Virus record (IMG/VR): IMGVR_UViG_2690316166_000012
Source: a virus
Lineage: Duplodnaviria > Heunggongvirae > Uroviricota > Caudoviricetes
Reading direction: 5' to 3' (one strand)
Length of the DNA stretch: 18,281 nucleotides
The stretch's first letter is position 1; the number at the start of each line of letters is the position of its first letter. Under the pieces are notes generated by a model. It was not told where the DNA came from, made no database searches, and worked only from the letters and a program-made list of their open reading frames with translations. Shown here piece by piece: positions 1-8,814 of the stretch. The translations under genes and the position numbers were made by a program.

Positions 1-2
1 GG

Positions 3-21
3 GCCGGGCCGTAAGCCCGGC
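3..21 (-). terminator. GC-rich stem-loop immediately 3' of the major head gene (possible intrinsic terminator; any U-tract would lie beyond the window edge)
   Basis: Plus-strand gccgggc (3-9) pairs with gcccggc (15-21) around a 5-nt loop, directly after the TAA stop at 29-31. The window edge prevents checking for a T-run. Confidence 0.3.
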
Positions 22-28
22 TCACCGT

Positions 29-1027
29 TTACAGATAATCCGCGACAACCAGCTCCAGCTTGCCCTTCATCTCGTTAGAGACTGTGGCGTTACCGTCCGC
101 GAACAGCTCGCGCTCCAGCAGCTGCACCGCCTGTTTTTCCAGCGAAGTGGGGACAACAATATGGGTGGGTTTGATGCCGAGTTTGCGGCCACCGTCAGCC
201 TTAAAGTCACGCATGGCTGACCAGCCGTGCCACAGCGCATCCAGCGTCAGCGGTGACTGCATCATGTAGGCCATCTGCCAGAAGCCGTAGCCCACATTGC
301 GACGGGCGGAAGCACCGAACACAAACTCGTTATCAGTAAACGCACGGCCTTCATCGACTTTTGTCTGGGCAACCAGTTCGGCCTTGCGGCGATCCTGGTA
401 AATCAGCGGTTTTACCGCGCGGGAGCAGTCGAGCAGATACCAGGCCGGGCCACTGTAATCCGCCTGTGCACCGACAGAGCCGGTTTTTGCCACAAACATA
501 TTGCTGACCATCTGTGCATCCCCGGAGCCATCCACTTTGGGGTAAACCGGGTGTTCGGTATCAAAGAAGTTCTGGCCGTCATAGCAGGCCGCACTGATCC
601 CGTCACGCAGTGCAGCAAAGACCAGTTCATCCGGTTGTGCCGCCGCAGCGCGCCCCATCTCCTGGAACAATGGGGAGTAGATGCCAAGATTGTCGTCTTC
701 GAAGTCATCGCGGCTAATGGCGACGGTGCCTTNNNNNNNNNNNNNNNNNNNNNNNAAGGTTTTGTTCACGATGGCGTAGCCATAGGCTTTCATCTTCTCG
801 ATGACGCGGGAGCCGATCCACTCACGGAACTGCGGGAACTGCCCAAGCCAGCCGTAGGTGTTGGATNNNNNNNNNNNNNNNNNNNNNNNNNNNNNNNNNG
901 ACGTGGACGGTACGGTCATCGCAATTTTCTGGTACTGCGACGGAGCCATGGACATCCCGGCCTGAAAATCAGAACGGTAGCCCGTCATCAGGGCGGTGAT
1001 CATCGCCGGTGTAATCGGGGTAGGCAT
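29..1027 (-). CDS. Major head (capsid) subunit, Mu gpT-like
   Basis: 333-codon ORF. N-terminus MPTPITPAMITALMTGYRSDFQAG... and the SNTYGWLGQFPQFREWIG segment resemble the Mu-like prophage major head subunit family as I recall it. ATG at 1027 overlaps the upstream stop (TAATG). Last gene of the head module; two short masked blocks lie inside. Confidence 0.8.
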   Translation of the reverse strand: MPTPITPAMITALMTGYRSDFQAGMSMAPSQYQKIAMTVPSTXXXXXXXXXXXXSNTYGWLGQFPQFREWIGSRVIEKMKAYGYAIVNKTXXXXXXXXXGTVAISRDDFEDDNLGIYSPLFQEMGRAAAAQPDELVFAALRDGISAACYDGQNFFDTEHPVYPKVDGSGDAQMVSNMFVAKTGSVGAQADYSGPAWYLLDCSRAVKPLIYQDRRKAELVAQTKVDEGRAFTDNEFVFGASARRNVGYGFWQMAYMMQSPLTLDALWHGWSAMRDFKADGGRKLGIKPTHIVVPTSLEKQAVQLLERELFADGNATVSNEMKGKLELVVADYL

Positions 1028-1605
1028 TATTGCATTTCCTCTTTCATTTTCAGGAACTCGGCTTCGGTTTTACCCAGCAGATGGGCGGCGGCGATATCTT
1101 CAGCCGACAGCACAGCAGTGGCGGTCTTTTTATCCGGCACGGTCACGGTGTCGGTCTGAAGAGTGGTCAGAGCCGCAACCGGCTGGCGGGCGTCAAGCTG
1201 TGCAGAAAGTGCTGTAACGCCAATCTGTTGTCCGAGTCCTTCCATGTATCCGCGTTCGCTTTTGAAAATGCGTCCTTCGGACTCAGCCTTATCCAGCAAC
1301 TGCTCCAGCGTGGTGCTGCCGTGCTGTGCCGACAGCGCGACATATTCGGTACGCAGGGCGTTATACGTCTCAACGGGCACGTATTTCGTCAGATCAATAG
1401 TGCCGCCAGTTGGTGTGCCTTTTGCGGTTTCCAGCTCTGCCGACAGGCTGGCAACCTGCGTTTTCAGGGTGTCGTGCGCATCCGCACGGGTTTTGATCCC
1501 GGTAAGGGCAGACAGCGCCGCCGTGCCCAGTTCCGGTGTAAATTCGTCACCGTCGGCCACGGTCAGACCGAGCGCCGTCAGCAACTGGCGTAATTGCTCA
1601 TTCAT
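1027..1605 (-). CDS. Putative head scaffolding protein (Mu Z-like position)
   Basis: 193-codon ORF with ATG at 1605 and AAAGGA about 8 nt upstream. Ala/Leu/Thr/Gln-rich, likely helical. Sits between the protease-like ORF and the major head gene and is coupled to it (TAATG). Assignment rests on synteny and composition, not a recognised motif. Confidence 0.5.
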   Translation of the reverse strand: MNEQLRQLLTALGLTVADGDEFTPELGTAALSALTGIKTRADAHDTLKTQVASLSAELETAKGTPTGGTIDLTKYVPVETYNALRTEYVALSAQHGSTTLEQLLDKAESEGRIFKSERGYMEGLGQQIGVTALSAQLDARQPVAALTTLQTDTVTVPDKKTATAVLSAEDIAAAHLLGKTEAEFLKMKEEMQ

Positions 1606-1616
1606 GGAGGTGTCCT

Positions 1617-1958
1617 TTAAAGGANNNNNNNNNNNNNNNNNNNNNNNNNNNNNNNNNNNNNNNNNNNNNNNNNNNNNNNNNNNNNNNNNNNNNNNNNNNN
1701 NNNNNNNNNNNNNNNNNNNNNNNNNNNNNNNNNNNNNNNNNNNNNNNNNNNNNNNNNNNNNNNNNNNNNNNNNNNNNNNNNNNNNNNNNNNNNNNNNNNN
1801 NNNNNNNNNNNNNNNNNNNNNNNNNNNNNNNNNNNNNNNNNNNNNNNNCCCCGCTCTTCACTGAAACGGAAGTTCTCCGGCGAGGCCATGACAAAACCGG
1901 CAGCCGGTGCCGCATGCCCCTCAATCAGTGACTGGTGGTTATAGTCAATCTTCACCGG
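1617..1958 (-). CDS. Head maturation protease (Mu I-like), 3' part; 5' end hidden in masked block
   Basis: Frame is open from the mask through 1849-1958 (..PVKIDYNHQSLIEGHAAPAAGFVMASPENFRFSEER..) and stops at 1617-1619. The two other frames here are not protein-like (one stops at 1952). Position between portal/F and scaffold matches the Mu I protease. Another masked block (1625-1848) lies inside. Confidence 0.4.
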   Translation of the reverse strand, partial: PVKIDYNHQSLIEGHAAPAAGFVMASPENFRFSEERXXXXXXXXXXXXXXXXXXXXXXXXXXXXXXXXXXXXXXXXXXXXXXXXXXXXXXXXXXXXXXXXXXXXXXXXXXXXL

Positions 1959-2897
1959 NNNNNNNNNNNNNNNNNNNNNNNNNNNNNNNNNNNNNNNNNN
2001 NNNNNNNNNNNNNNNNNNNNNNNNNNNNNNNNNNNNNNNNNNNNNNNNNNNNNNNNNNNNNNNNNNNNNNNNNNNNNNNNNNNNNNNNNNNNNNNNNNNN
2101 NNNNNNNNNNNNNNNNNNNNNNNNNNNNNNNNNNNNNNNNNNNNNNNNNNNNNNNNNNNNNNNNNNNNNNNNNNNNNNNNNNNNNNNNNNNNNNNNNNNN
2201 NNNNNNNNNNNNNNNNNNNNNNNNNNNNNNNNNNNNNNNNNNNNNNNNNNNNNNNNNNNNNNNNNNNNNNNNNNNNNNNNNNNNNNNNNNNNNNNNNNNN
2301 NNNNNNNNNNNNNNNNNNNNNNNNNNNNNNNNNNNNNNNNNNNNNNNNNNNNNNNNNNNNNNNNNNNNNNNNNNNNNNNNNNNNNNNNNNNNNNNNNNNN
2401 NNNNNNNNNNNNNNNNNNNNNNNNNNNNNNNNNNNNNNNNNNNNNNNNNNNNNNNNNNNNNNNNNNNNNNNNNNNNNNNNNNNNNNNNNNNNNNNNNNNN
2501 NNNNNNNNNNNNNNNNNNNNNNNNNNNNNNNNNNNNNNNNNNNNNNNNNNNNNNNNNNNNNNNNNNNNNNNNNNNNNNNNNNNNNNNNNNNNNNNNNNNN
2601 NNNNNNNNNNNNNNNNNNNNNNNNNNNNNNNNNNNNNNNNNNNNNNNNNNNNNNNNNNNNNNNNNNNNNNNNNNNNNNNNNNNNNNNNNNNNNNNNNNNN
2701 NNNNNNNNNNNNNNNNNNNNNNNNNNNNNNNNNNNNNNNNNNNNNNNNNNNNNNNNNNNNNNNNNNNNNNNNNNNNNNNNNNNNNNNNNNNNNNNNNNNN
2801 NNNNNNNNNNNNNNNNNNNNNNNNNNNNNNNNNNNNNNNNNNNNNNNNNNNNNNNNNNNNNNNNNNNNNNNNNNNNNNNNNNNNNNNNNNNNNNNNN

Positions 2898-3013
2898 AGA
2901 CTCTCCGCCACACTGCGTGCCAGGTCTTTTCCGCTTCCCACAAACTGAAGCCGGGCAAAGACCCGCTGGAGACGCGCAACGTCCACCACGACCGCCGCAT
3001 CAATGGATGACAT
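2898..3013 (-). CDS. Head-module protein, N-terminal part only (possibly Mu G-like virion morphogenesis protein); 3' end masked
   Basis: ATG at 3013 with GGAGG 5 nt upstream; MSSIDAAVVVDVARLQRVFARLQFVGSGKDLARSVAES then N. This frame stops at 1952 right after the mask while a different frame is coding at 1849-1958, so it is a separate gene from the protease ORF. Identity is by synteny only. Confidence 0.35.
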
Positions 3014-3134
3014 ATTGCCTCCGCATAAAAGATGAATATAAAATAAACAGGCGGTCAGTGTACGCTTAACTGGTAAAGTCGGTGCCTGCCTCCGGGTGGA
3101 TCATGTATGCGGGTTCGACCCCCGCCACTGACCG
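3014..3134 (-). promoter_or_regulatory. Structured intergenic region between F and the next head gene: candidate activator-dependent late promoter plus tRNA-like hairpin element
   Basis: Minus strand has a -10-like TATATT (plus 3035-3040) about 24 nt upstream of the ATG at 3013, with no good -35. Plus strand 3109-3125 forms a hairpin GCGGG-TTCGACC-CCCGC, and GTCAGTG (3054-3060) pairs with CACTGAC (3126-3132). In Mu a C-dependent late promoter lies upstream of gene I. Confidence 0.3.
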
Positions 3135-4466
3135 TTAATCAATTTGTCCTTCCAGCACCTCAAGCATTCCGCCCCGGATATCCGATTTCAGCTTATCCAT
3201 ATTGATAACCCGGTAAGCATTCACAATCACATCCAGTTTGTCGGGCTGACGTTTCAGACTGTACGGTGCATTAACGGCAATCTGCACACTGCCATCCTTA
3301 TTTTCCACGATATACATCAGATTGTTGTGCCGTTTGTCCCACAGCACCGCTTTTGGCTTTGCCAGCATTGCCGGTAAGCGCCCGAAGTCCTCTGGCATCA
3401 GGGCGATGCCGTCATTCTGATGTTTCACACTGTCTGCATGGAGCACATTTTTACCGCTCATCGCCAGCAGGCGGGCCGGTGGCGTTCCCGTCCGGCTTTC
3501 CACTGCCTGCGCAATGCTTTCAGTCATAAAGCCCAGCGTGCGGATATCGTTACCACCTCGCCGGGTCTGCATGATGTTTTTTGCCCAGATGCGGAACGCC
3601 AGCTGCCGCTCCGGGCTGTTGTTCATCTCCTGAACCACCATTTCCCGTAACGCCGGGCTTTTCACCTCGATCAGTTTGCGGATCAGCGCCTGGTCTGTGC
3701 CGAACGCTGCCGAGCCGGGGTTATATGACCAGCCCACATCCGGTGTCATGGTTCTGGTGCCATCTGAATATGTGGTCACCGGCATTTCTCTGACTTCTCC
3801 GGTCTGTTTATCCACGCCAGCCTCAACATTGCGGGTGGAGAGATGATCCTCACCGGATGAAACGGATAACCCCATTGCATCCAGACGGGCCTGAGACAAT
3901 GGCCGCACACGGCAGCGACAGTTCCAGCCATTGGGCGGGTAGTGAGTATTCCAGAACGGATCATCATAGCGGAATACCAGCCCGTTAAGGGCGGAATGTG
4001 CCGGGCGGGTGCGGCTGTCCATCACCGCCACATACTGCCAGAACGGATGCGTGTCCGTGTTGTTCATCATCTGCGTGTAACGCCCGGCATTGTAAGCCAC
4101 ACGGGTGTTCACGTTGTAAATCAGCGCCAGACGGCGGGGGCTGCCAAGCTGCACTTCTTCCGCGTTCCCTGCACTGTCCACCACAATCTGCTTTCCCCAC
4201 CATCCCAGCTTTTGCAGGCGGGGTGTCAGCGTGCGGATAAATGTTTTCTGTGAAATGCCCTCATCAACAGCACGCTGCACTTCCGCCTGTAGTGTGGTCA
4301 GTACGTCCAGGCGTGCCACTTTTGCCGCCGTGAATGAACGGGCATGAACATCCGCGTCTGTTTCGAACCAGTTCCAGCTGATATGCTCCCCTTTGGCGCG
4401 GAAGTATGCCACCGCCTCTTTTGAGGGAAGCGTGGCGGCATAACCTAAATCAATCCCCTGTGTCAT
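3135..4466 (-). CDS. Minor head / head morphogenesis protein, Mu gpF (SPP1 gp7) family
   Basis: 444-codon uninterrupted ORF directly downstream of the portal region. Size and sequence (..YNAGRYTQMMNNTDTHPFWQYVAVMDSRTRPAHSALNGLVF..NGWNCRCRV..) fit the Mu F-type head morphogenesis protein as I recall it. Confidence 0.8.
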   Translation of the reverse strand: MTQGIDLGYAATLPSKEAVAYFRAKGEHISWNWFETDADVHARSFTAAKVARLDVLTTLQAEVQRAVDEGISQKTFIRTLTPRLQKLGWWGKQIVVDSAGNAEEVQLGSPRRLALIYNVNTRVAYNAGRYTQMMNNTDTHPFWQYVAVMDSRTRPAHSALNGLVFRYDDPFWNTHYPPNGWNCRCRVRPLSQARLDAMGLSVSSGEDHLSTRNVEAGVDKQTGEVREMPVTTYSDGTRTMTPDVGWSYNPGSAAFGTDQALIRKLIEVKSPALREMVVQEMNNSPERQLAFRIWAKNIMQTRRGGNDIRTLGFMTESIAQAVESRTGTPPARLLAMSGKNVLHADSVKHQNDGIALMPEDFGRLPAMLAKPKAVLWDKRHNNLMYIVENKDGSVQIAVNAPYSLKRQPDKLDVIVNAYRVINMDKLKSDIRGGMLEVLEGQID

Positions 4467-4714
4467 CCAGCATCCCCTTCATTTCCGCAGCGAACATGGC
4501 ATCACTGAGCAGCGTCATCAGGCGGGAATCATCCATTTCACGATAAAGGGCAGGCAGGTCTGCCAGCGCATCCGCCAGCCCCCGCGTTCTGATGGCATCA
4601 ATGACCGGCTCCAGTACCGGGTCGATGGCCTCCTGTAAGCGGCGGGCAGGCACCGCGTCCCCCATATCATCCAGTTCATCACGCGGCGTGCTTTTCGCTT
4701 CCGGCAGTCTGGCT
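4450..4714 (-). CDS. Protein-coding segment ending at 4450 (portal C-terminus if the mask hides a frame change, otherwise a separate small gene)
   Basis: Protein-like frame from the mask edge to the stop at 4450-4452 (..ARLPEAKSTPRDELDDMGDAVPARRLQEAIDPVLEPVIDAIRTRGLADALADLPALYREMDDSRLMTLLSDAMFAAEMKGMLDDTGD), overlapping the F start by 17 nt. By coordinate it is in a different frame from the portal N-terminal ORF. Confidence 0.45.
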
Positions 4715-6317
4715 NNNNNNNNNNNNNNNNNNNNNNNNNNNNNNNNNNNNNNNNNNNNNNNNNNNNNNNNNNNNNNNNNNNNNNNNNNNNNNNNNNNNNN
4801 NNNNNNNNNNNNNNNNNNNNNNNNNNNNNNNNNNNNNNNNNNNNNNNNNNNNNNNNNNNNNNNNNNNNNNNNNNNNNNNNNNNNNNNNNNNNNNNNNNNN
4901 NNNNNNNNNNNNNNNNNNNNNNNNNNNNNNNNNNNNNNNNNNNNNNNNNNNNNNNNNNNNNNNNNNNNNNNNNNNNNNNNNNNNNNNNNNNNNNNNNNNN
5001 NNNNNNNNNNNNNNNNNNNNNNNNNNNNNNNNNNNNNNNNNNNNNNNNNNNNNNNNNNNNNNNNNNNNNNNNNNNNNNNNNNNNNNNNNNNNNNNNNNNN
5101 NNNNNNNNNNNNNNNNNNNNNNNNNNNNNNNNNNNNNNNNNNNNNNNNNNNNNNNNNNNNNNNNNNNNNNNNNNNNNNNNNNNNNNNNNNNNNNNNNNNN
5201 NNNNNNNNNNNNNNNNNNNNNNNNNNNNNNNNNNNNNNNNNNNNNNNNNNNNNNNNNNNNNNNNNNNNNNNNNNNNNNNNNNNNNNNNNNNNNNNNNNNN
5301 NNNNNNNNNNNNNNNNNNNNNNNNNNNNNNNNNNNNNNNNNNNNNNNNNNNNNNNNNNNNNNNNNNNNNNNNNNNNNNNNNNNNNNNNNNNNNNNNNNNN
5401 NNNNNNNNNNNNNNNNNNNNNNNNNNNNNNNNNNNNNNNNNNNNNNNNNNNNNNNNNNNNNNNNNNNNNNNNNNNNNNNNNNNNNNNNNNNNNNNNNNNN
5501 NNNNNNNCGGGATGATCCCGCCTGTACGTCGCCCGATATCCATCACCGCCCGCATCAGGGCGCTTTTCTGCTCCGGTGTTGCCCCGGACGGGTATTTCCC
5601 GACCTTCATCGGCAGTCCGTACACCTCCAGAAATTCGGCCAGATCGCGCACGGAATAGTTTTTGAAAATGAACGGCCAGATAAGCGTCCTGACAAGCCCC
5701 GTTGCGCCACCGTAACCGGTCCGTGAACGTGACTGATGCACTATCCAGCCAAAAGGCTGAAACGCCACCCCGGCATGGCTGCCGTCACGCAGCCGCAGTT
5801 CGCTCAAATCATCCGGGTTAAGGCAGAAATGCCCGCTGTCACGCCAGCGGATGGCGCGGATGATGTGCATTTTACCGAGCATCCCGTGCTCAATTTCCAT
5901 GCAGGAATAGCCCTTCAGGATGGCATCCGTGGCGTCAAACAGCATGGCATCAAACCAGTCTGCGGAATGCAGATATTCGTCGAGCATTTCCGCGTCCTTT
6001 TTCTCATTCGCGCTGGCGTTCGGTGGCGGCTCAATACTCCATGGCACCCCCTGAATGGCAAGACGTCGCTTGCCCAGCTCCGCAAAAAGGTGGGTGTCCT
6101 TTTCTTCAATGTCAGCCGCCAGATCGGACTGGGCAATCAGGTCGCCACGTTCAGCCCCCCGAAGGCACTGCGCCGCCCGGTTCGGGGTGATACCCGAGGC
6201 GGGATGCTCAACATAACGGCTGGCAATCTGCGGAATATCCAGCGCGGTACTCTGCATCTCCGGGTCAAAGGAGAGAGGTTTTCCGTCAAGATCAATTATG
6301 CGTCCCACTACCAGCAC
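4715..6317 (-). CDS. Portal protein (Mu gp29 / DUF935-like); 3' end inside masked block 4715-5507
   Basis: Start at 6317 (GTG; in-frame ATG 20 codons later) overlaps the TerL stop. 270 visible codons 5508-6317 (..DIPQIASRYVEHPASGITPNRAAQ..WFDAMLFDATDAILKGYSCMEIE..) look like a Mu-type portal, placed between TerL and F. The out-of-frame stretch 4518-4714 is not protein-like. Confidence 0.75.
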
Positions 6318-7972
6318 CCCCGTTCAAATTCATGATATGCCTCATCGTCATCACGATAACCGCCCTCCATTGCCCGCGACCGCTCCGGCAGCGCCTGACA
6401 GGCTGATTCATCCAGGATGAATCCCTCCATGTATGACGCCCGGTTTGCCATACAGAGTGCCACGGCAAAATCACCATGGCGGCGGGCGTTCGCAGCCGTT
6501 GCGTTCTGGTCCTTCGTGCGCCCCTTGTCGATTTGCGGGATACCATTCACCACCTTCACATGGCGCAAATCATCAAGCGTGGTCTGATGGCGGGCGACGA
6601 GGATATTCTGATCTTCAAACTCGGCTTTCAGTTTTGGCATCCACTCGCCGTACCACTTCGGCGACAACATCACGCAGTCGATGATGTCCGGGCCAAAGGC
6701 CAGCAGTGCGGCTTCTGCCAGATAGCCGCCGTTACCGGTGGCGTCGAACGCCGCACCGACCAGCGCCGGAACGCGGGTCAGGATGTACATCATCACCTGT
6801 TCCTGCTGGGCATACGGCAGGTTGCGCAGCTCCACGCGAAACACCTCGCGCTTTGCCAGGGATTCGGTGATTTCCAGCAGCACAAAGCAGGACAGGTCAC
6901 CGGTGCGGGCAAAGTCTTCCCCGAAGCTGAAGCGGGAACGGGGATTTAATTTCTCTAAAAGCGGTTTTAAATGTTCTTCACACCAGGTTAAAACTTCCGA
7001 TTCACGCAGCCATGCGGCACGGCTGATGAAGTTGTCCGGGGCTTCAAACGTCAGAATCGGGATGTCGCGGATCATCGCCATTTCAATAAGCGCGTGAGGA
7101 ATATAGGCACCGCCGGATTTTTTCGGGATACAGCCGTATTCCTCGTCGGCATCCTCACGGGTCGGGGCGTTTTTGTAGAGATCATCACGCCATTTCTGCT
7201 CGCTTTCCGGTGACCATTCCTGATCGGTGACGTAACAGATACGACGGTACAGCCCGTCCGCAATGGCATCATCCAGGGTTATGCGGTGGACGCTGTAATC
7301 CTTGCGCCCCTCGCGGGCTTCCTGAATGTACTGATTAAACAGATTATCGACGCCGTTATGCGTGGAGATAATACGCACGCGCGCGCCCCACATAGTGAGC
7401 GCCATTGCCGCCTTGAGAAGCTCATCCAGTGACTCGTGGAACGCGGCTTCATCAATCACCACATCCCCCTGAAGGCCGCGCAGGTTTGACGGACGGGAAG
7501 ACAGTGCCTGAATTTTGAATCCACTGTTCGGAAAGCGGATCATGTAGGTCAGAATTTCTTCTTTTTTATCCCGATCCCAGAAGGTCTGCTCATACACATC
7601 AGCATCCGCCAGCTGGTTAAAGGCGCGGGAGAACAGGGCGCAGGCAGAAATATATTCCAGCGCCATCTCCTGCTTTGATCCCACATAAAACACATTGCGG
7701 CCACCACGACGCTTCGGTTTTGCAGCAGTAATGACGTTACGCCCGGCTTCCGCCCAGGTAAGACCGGTGCGGCGGGATTTTTCCGCAATGCAGACCTGAC
7801 TTTCATCCTCAAACCAGCGGGCCTGATAATCCAGAAACACCGGCATATCACCGGGCAAATCAAGTCTGTCCGGCACATCCACGCCCAGCAGGGCTTTTTC
7901 ACCGGACAGATCAATTTTGCGGGGAGGCGTCATTTGTATCAGTGAAGGAGACGTTTCTTTGGCTTTGTTCAT
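6308..7972 (-). CDS. Terminase large subunit (Mu gp28-like)
   Basis: 555-codon uninterrupted ORF. ATG at 7972 overlaps the stop of the upstream 82-aa ORF (TGATG), and its stop overlaps the portal start. Size, position between small terminase and portal, and sequence fit a large terminase. Confidence 0.8.
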   Translation of the reverse strand: MNKAKETSPSLIQMTPPRKIDLSGEKALLGVDVPDRLDLPGDMPVFLDYQARWFEDESQVCIAEKSRRTGLTWAEAGRNVITAAKPKRRGGRNVFYVGSKQEMALEYISACALFSRAFNQLADADVYEQTFWDRDKKEEILTYMIRFPNSGFKIQALSSRPSNLRGLQGDVVIDEAAFHESLDELLKAAMALTMWGARVRIISTHNGVDNLFNQYIQEAREGRKDYSVHRITLDDAIADGLYRRICYVTDQEWSPESEQKWRDDLYKNAPTREDADEEYGCIPKKSGGAYIPHALIEMAMIRDIPILTFEAPDNFISRAAWLRESEVLTWCEEHLKPLLEKLNPRSRFSFGEDFARTGDLSCFVLLEITESLAKREVFRVELRNLPYAQQEQVMMYILTRVPALVGAAFDATGNGGYLAEAALLAFGPDIIDCVMLSPKWYGEWMPKLKAEFEDQNILVARHQTTLDDLRHVKVVNGIPQIDKGRTKDQNATAANARRHGDFAVALCMANRASYMEGFILDESACQALPERSRAMEGGYRDDDEAYHEFERGCW

Positions 7973-8220
7973 CAGGCTTTACCTGTCAGAATGCTTTTGA
8001 TTCGGAACTCAAGCTCTTCAGTCATCACGTCCACGCCACTCAACTCATCAGTGACAGCCTCTGCCAGCAGCGAATGCAGTTGTTCCAGGGATATTTCCCC
8101 GGCAATGCTGAGTTCAGTCAACTCACGACACGCTTTTATGGTTTCAGGAGGTAACTGTGTTGCAAGACTGAATGCCTTCTGATGAGCACTACTCATCAGT
8201 GAGCGGTTATCTGTTACCAC
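7972..8220 (-). CDS. Small protein carrying a copy of the small-terminase C-terminal tail
   Basis: GTG at 8220 preceded by a strong SD (AGGAGGTGA), and stop overlapping the TerL ATG. Its C-terminus AVTDELSGVDVMTEELEFRIKSILTGKA parallels the C-terminus of the 193-aa upstream protein, AVTDELRGVDGMSEQIEFRIRQMLLGKA. The DNA is also visibly similar. Confidence 0.6.
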   Translation of the reverse strand: MVTDNRSLMSSAHQKAFSLATQLPPETIKACRELTELSIAGEISLEQLHSLLAEAVTDELSGVDVMTEELEFRIKSILTGKA

Positions 8221-8230
8221 GATTCACCTC

Positions 8231-8812
8231 CTACGCCTTACCAAGCAGCATCTGCCTGATACGGAATTCTATCTGCTCGCTCATGCCATCCACGCCGCGC
8301 AACTCGTCGGTGACGGCGTTCGCCATCTCTTCAGCAAATGCGGCCCGGATTTCTTTTTCACGCTTAATGCTGCGCTCGGCGGCACTTTCCGCACGCTGTG
8401 CCGACAGGAGGATGTCCTTAATAAGGCGCATATCCACATCGCTGTCGCTGTTCAGGGATTCGGTGGCAGCACGCAGACGGCGGTACATCAGGGCGCGGGA
8501 CATTTCCAGAATCAGTGCCGTGGTTTCACCGGTCGGCTTGTCCCCCAGTTCGGCCATCATGGCTTTTGTCTGCTCGCGTAAATCACGCAGGTTACGGGCA
8601 ATCAGCTCATTACGGGAGGCCTCCCGGCTGATGGCCGCCGGTGAAAGCTGCTGCTCTTCCGGCAGACCCGCCTCACGGATCAGGCGGTTGATTTCCTCGC
8701 GGATCTGGACCTGCGTCAGGCGTTTTTCACGCAGCATTTCCAGCAGCGGCTTACGGATGCTGTCGGGGAGCAAATCCACCTTGCGTACACGGCCACGCGT
8801 TGGCTTATCCAT
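8231..8812 (-). CDS. Putative terminase small subunit / DNA-binding protein (Mu gp27-like)
   Basis: 194-codon ORF with ATG at 8812 and AAGGGGG upstream. Basic, HTH-like N-terminus (RGRVRKVDLLPDSIRKPLLEMLREKRLTQVQIREEINRLIREAG), coiled middle and conserved C-terminal tail, immediately upstream of TerL. Confidence 0.65.
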   Translation of the reverse strand: MDKPTRGRVRKVDLLPDSIRKPLLEMLREKRLTQVQIREEINRLIREAGLPEEQQLSPAAISREASRNELIARNLRDLREQTKAMMAELGDKPTGETTALILEMSRALMYRRLRAATESLNSDSDVDMRLIKDILLSAQRAESAAERSIKREKEIRAAFAEEMANAVTDELRGVDGMSEQIEFRIRQMLLGKA

Positions 8813-8814
8813 CG

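Noticed and set aside
551-1159. 202-aa plus-strand ORF
   Set aside because: Antisense to the major head gene; Arg/Gly-rich nonsense-like translation that spans masked blocks.
1907-3010. Long plus- and minus-strand ORFs made almost entirely of X (1907-3010, 1935-2948, 1945-3003)
   Set aside because: Artefacts of N-masking; ORF callers run through N blocks because N codons are never stops.
1952-3013. Single 353-aa protease gene from 3013 to 1952
   Set aside because: That frame stops at 1952 immediately after the mask, while a different frame is the coding one in 1849-1958. The interval therefore holds at least two genes, not one continuous ORF.
3054-3133. Canonical tRNA gene
   Set aside because: Acceptor-like pairing and a perfect T-arm are present, but no anticodon stem-loop or D-stem could be folded and no CCA follows. 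Kept only as a tRNA-like structured element.
4518-4714. Continuation of the portal N-terminal frame past the mask
   Set aside because: Translation (PDCRKRKARRVMNWMIWGTRCLPAAYRR...) is W/R/C-rich and not protein-like, while the alternative frame is clearly coding.
5736-6335. 199-aa plus-strand ORF
   Set aside because: Antisense to the portal gene, with no SD and non-protein-like composition.
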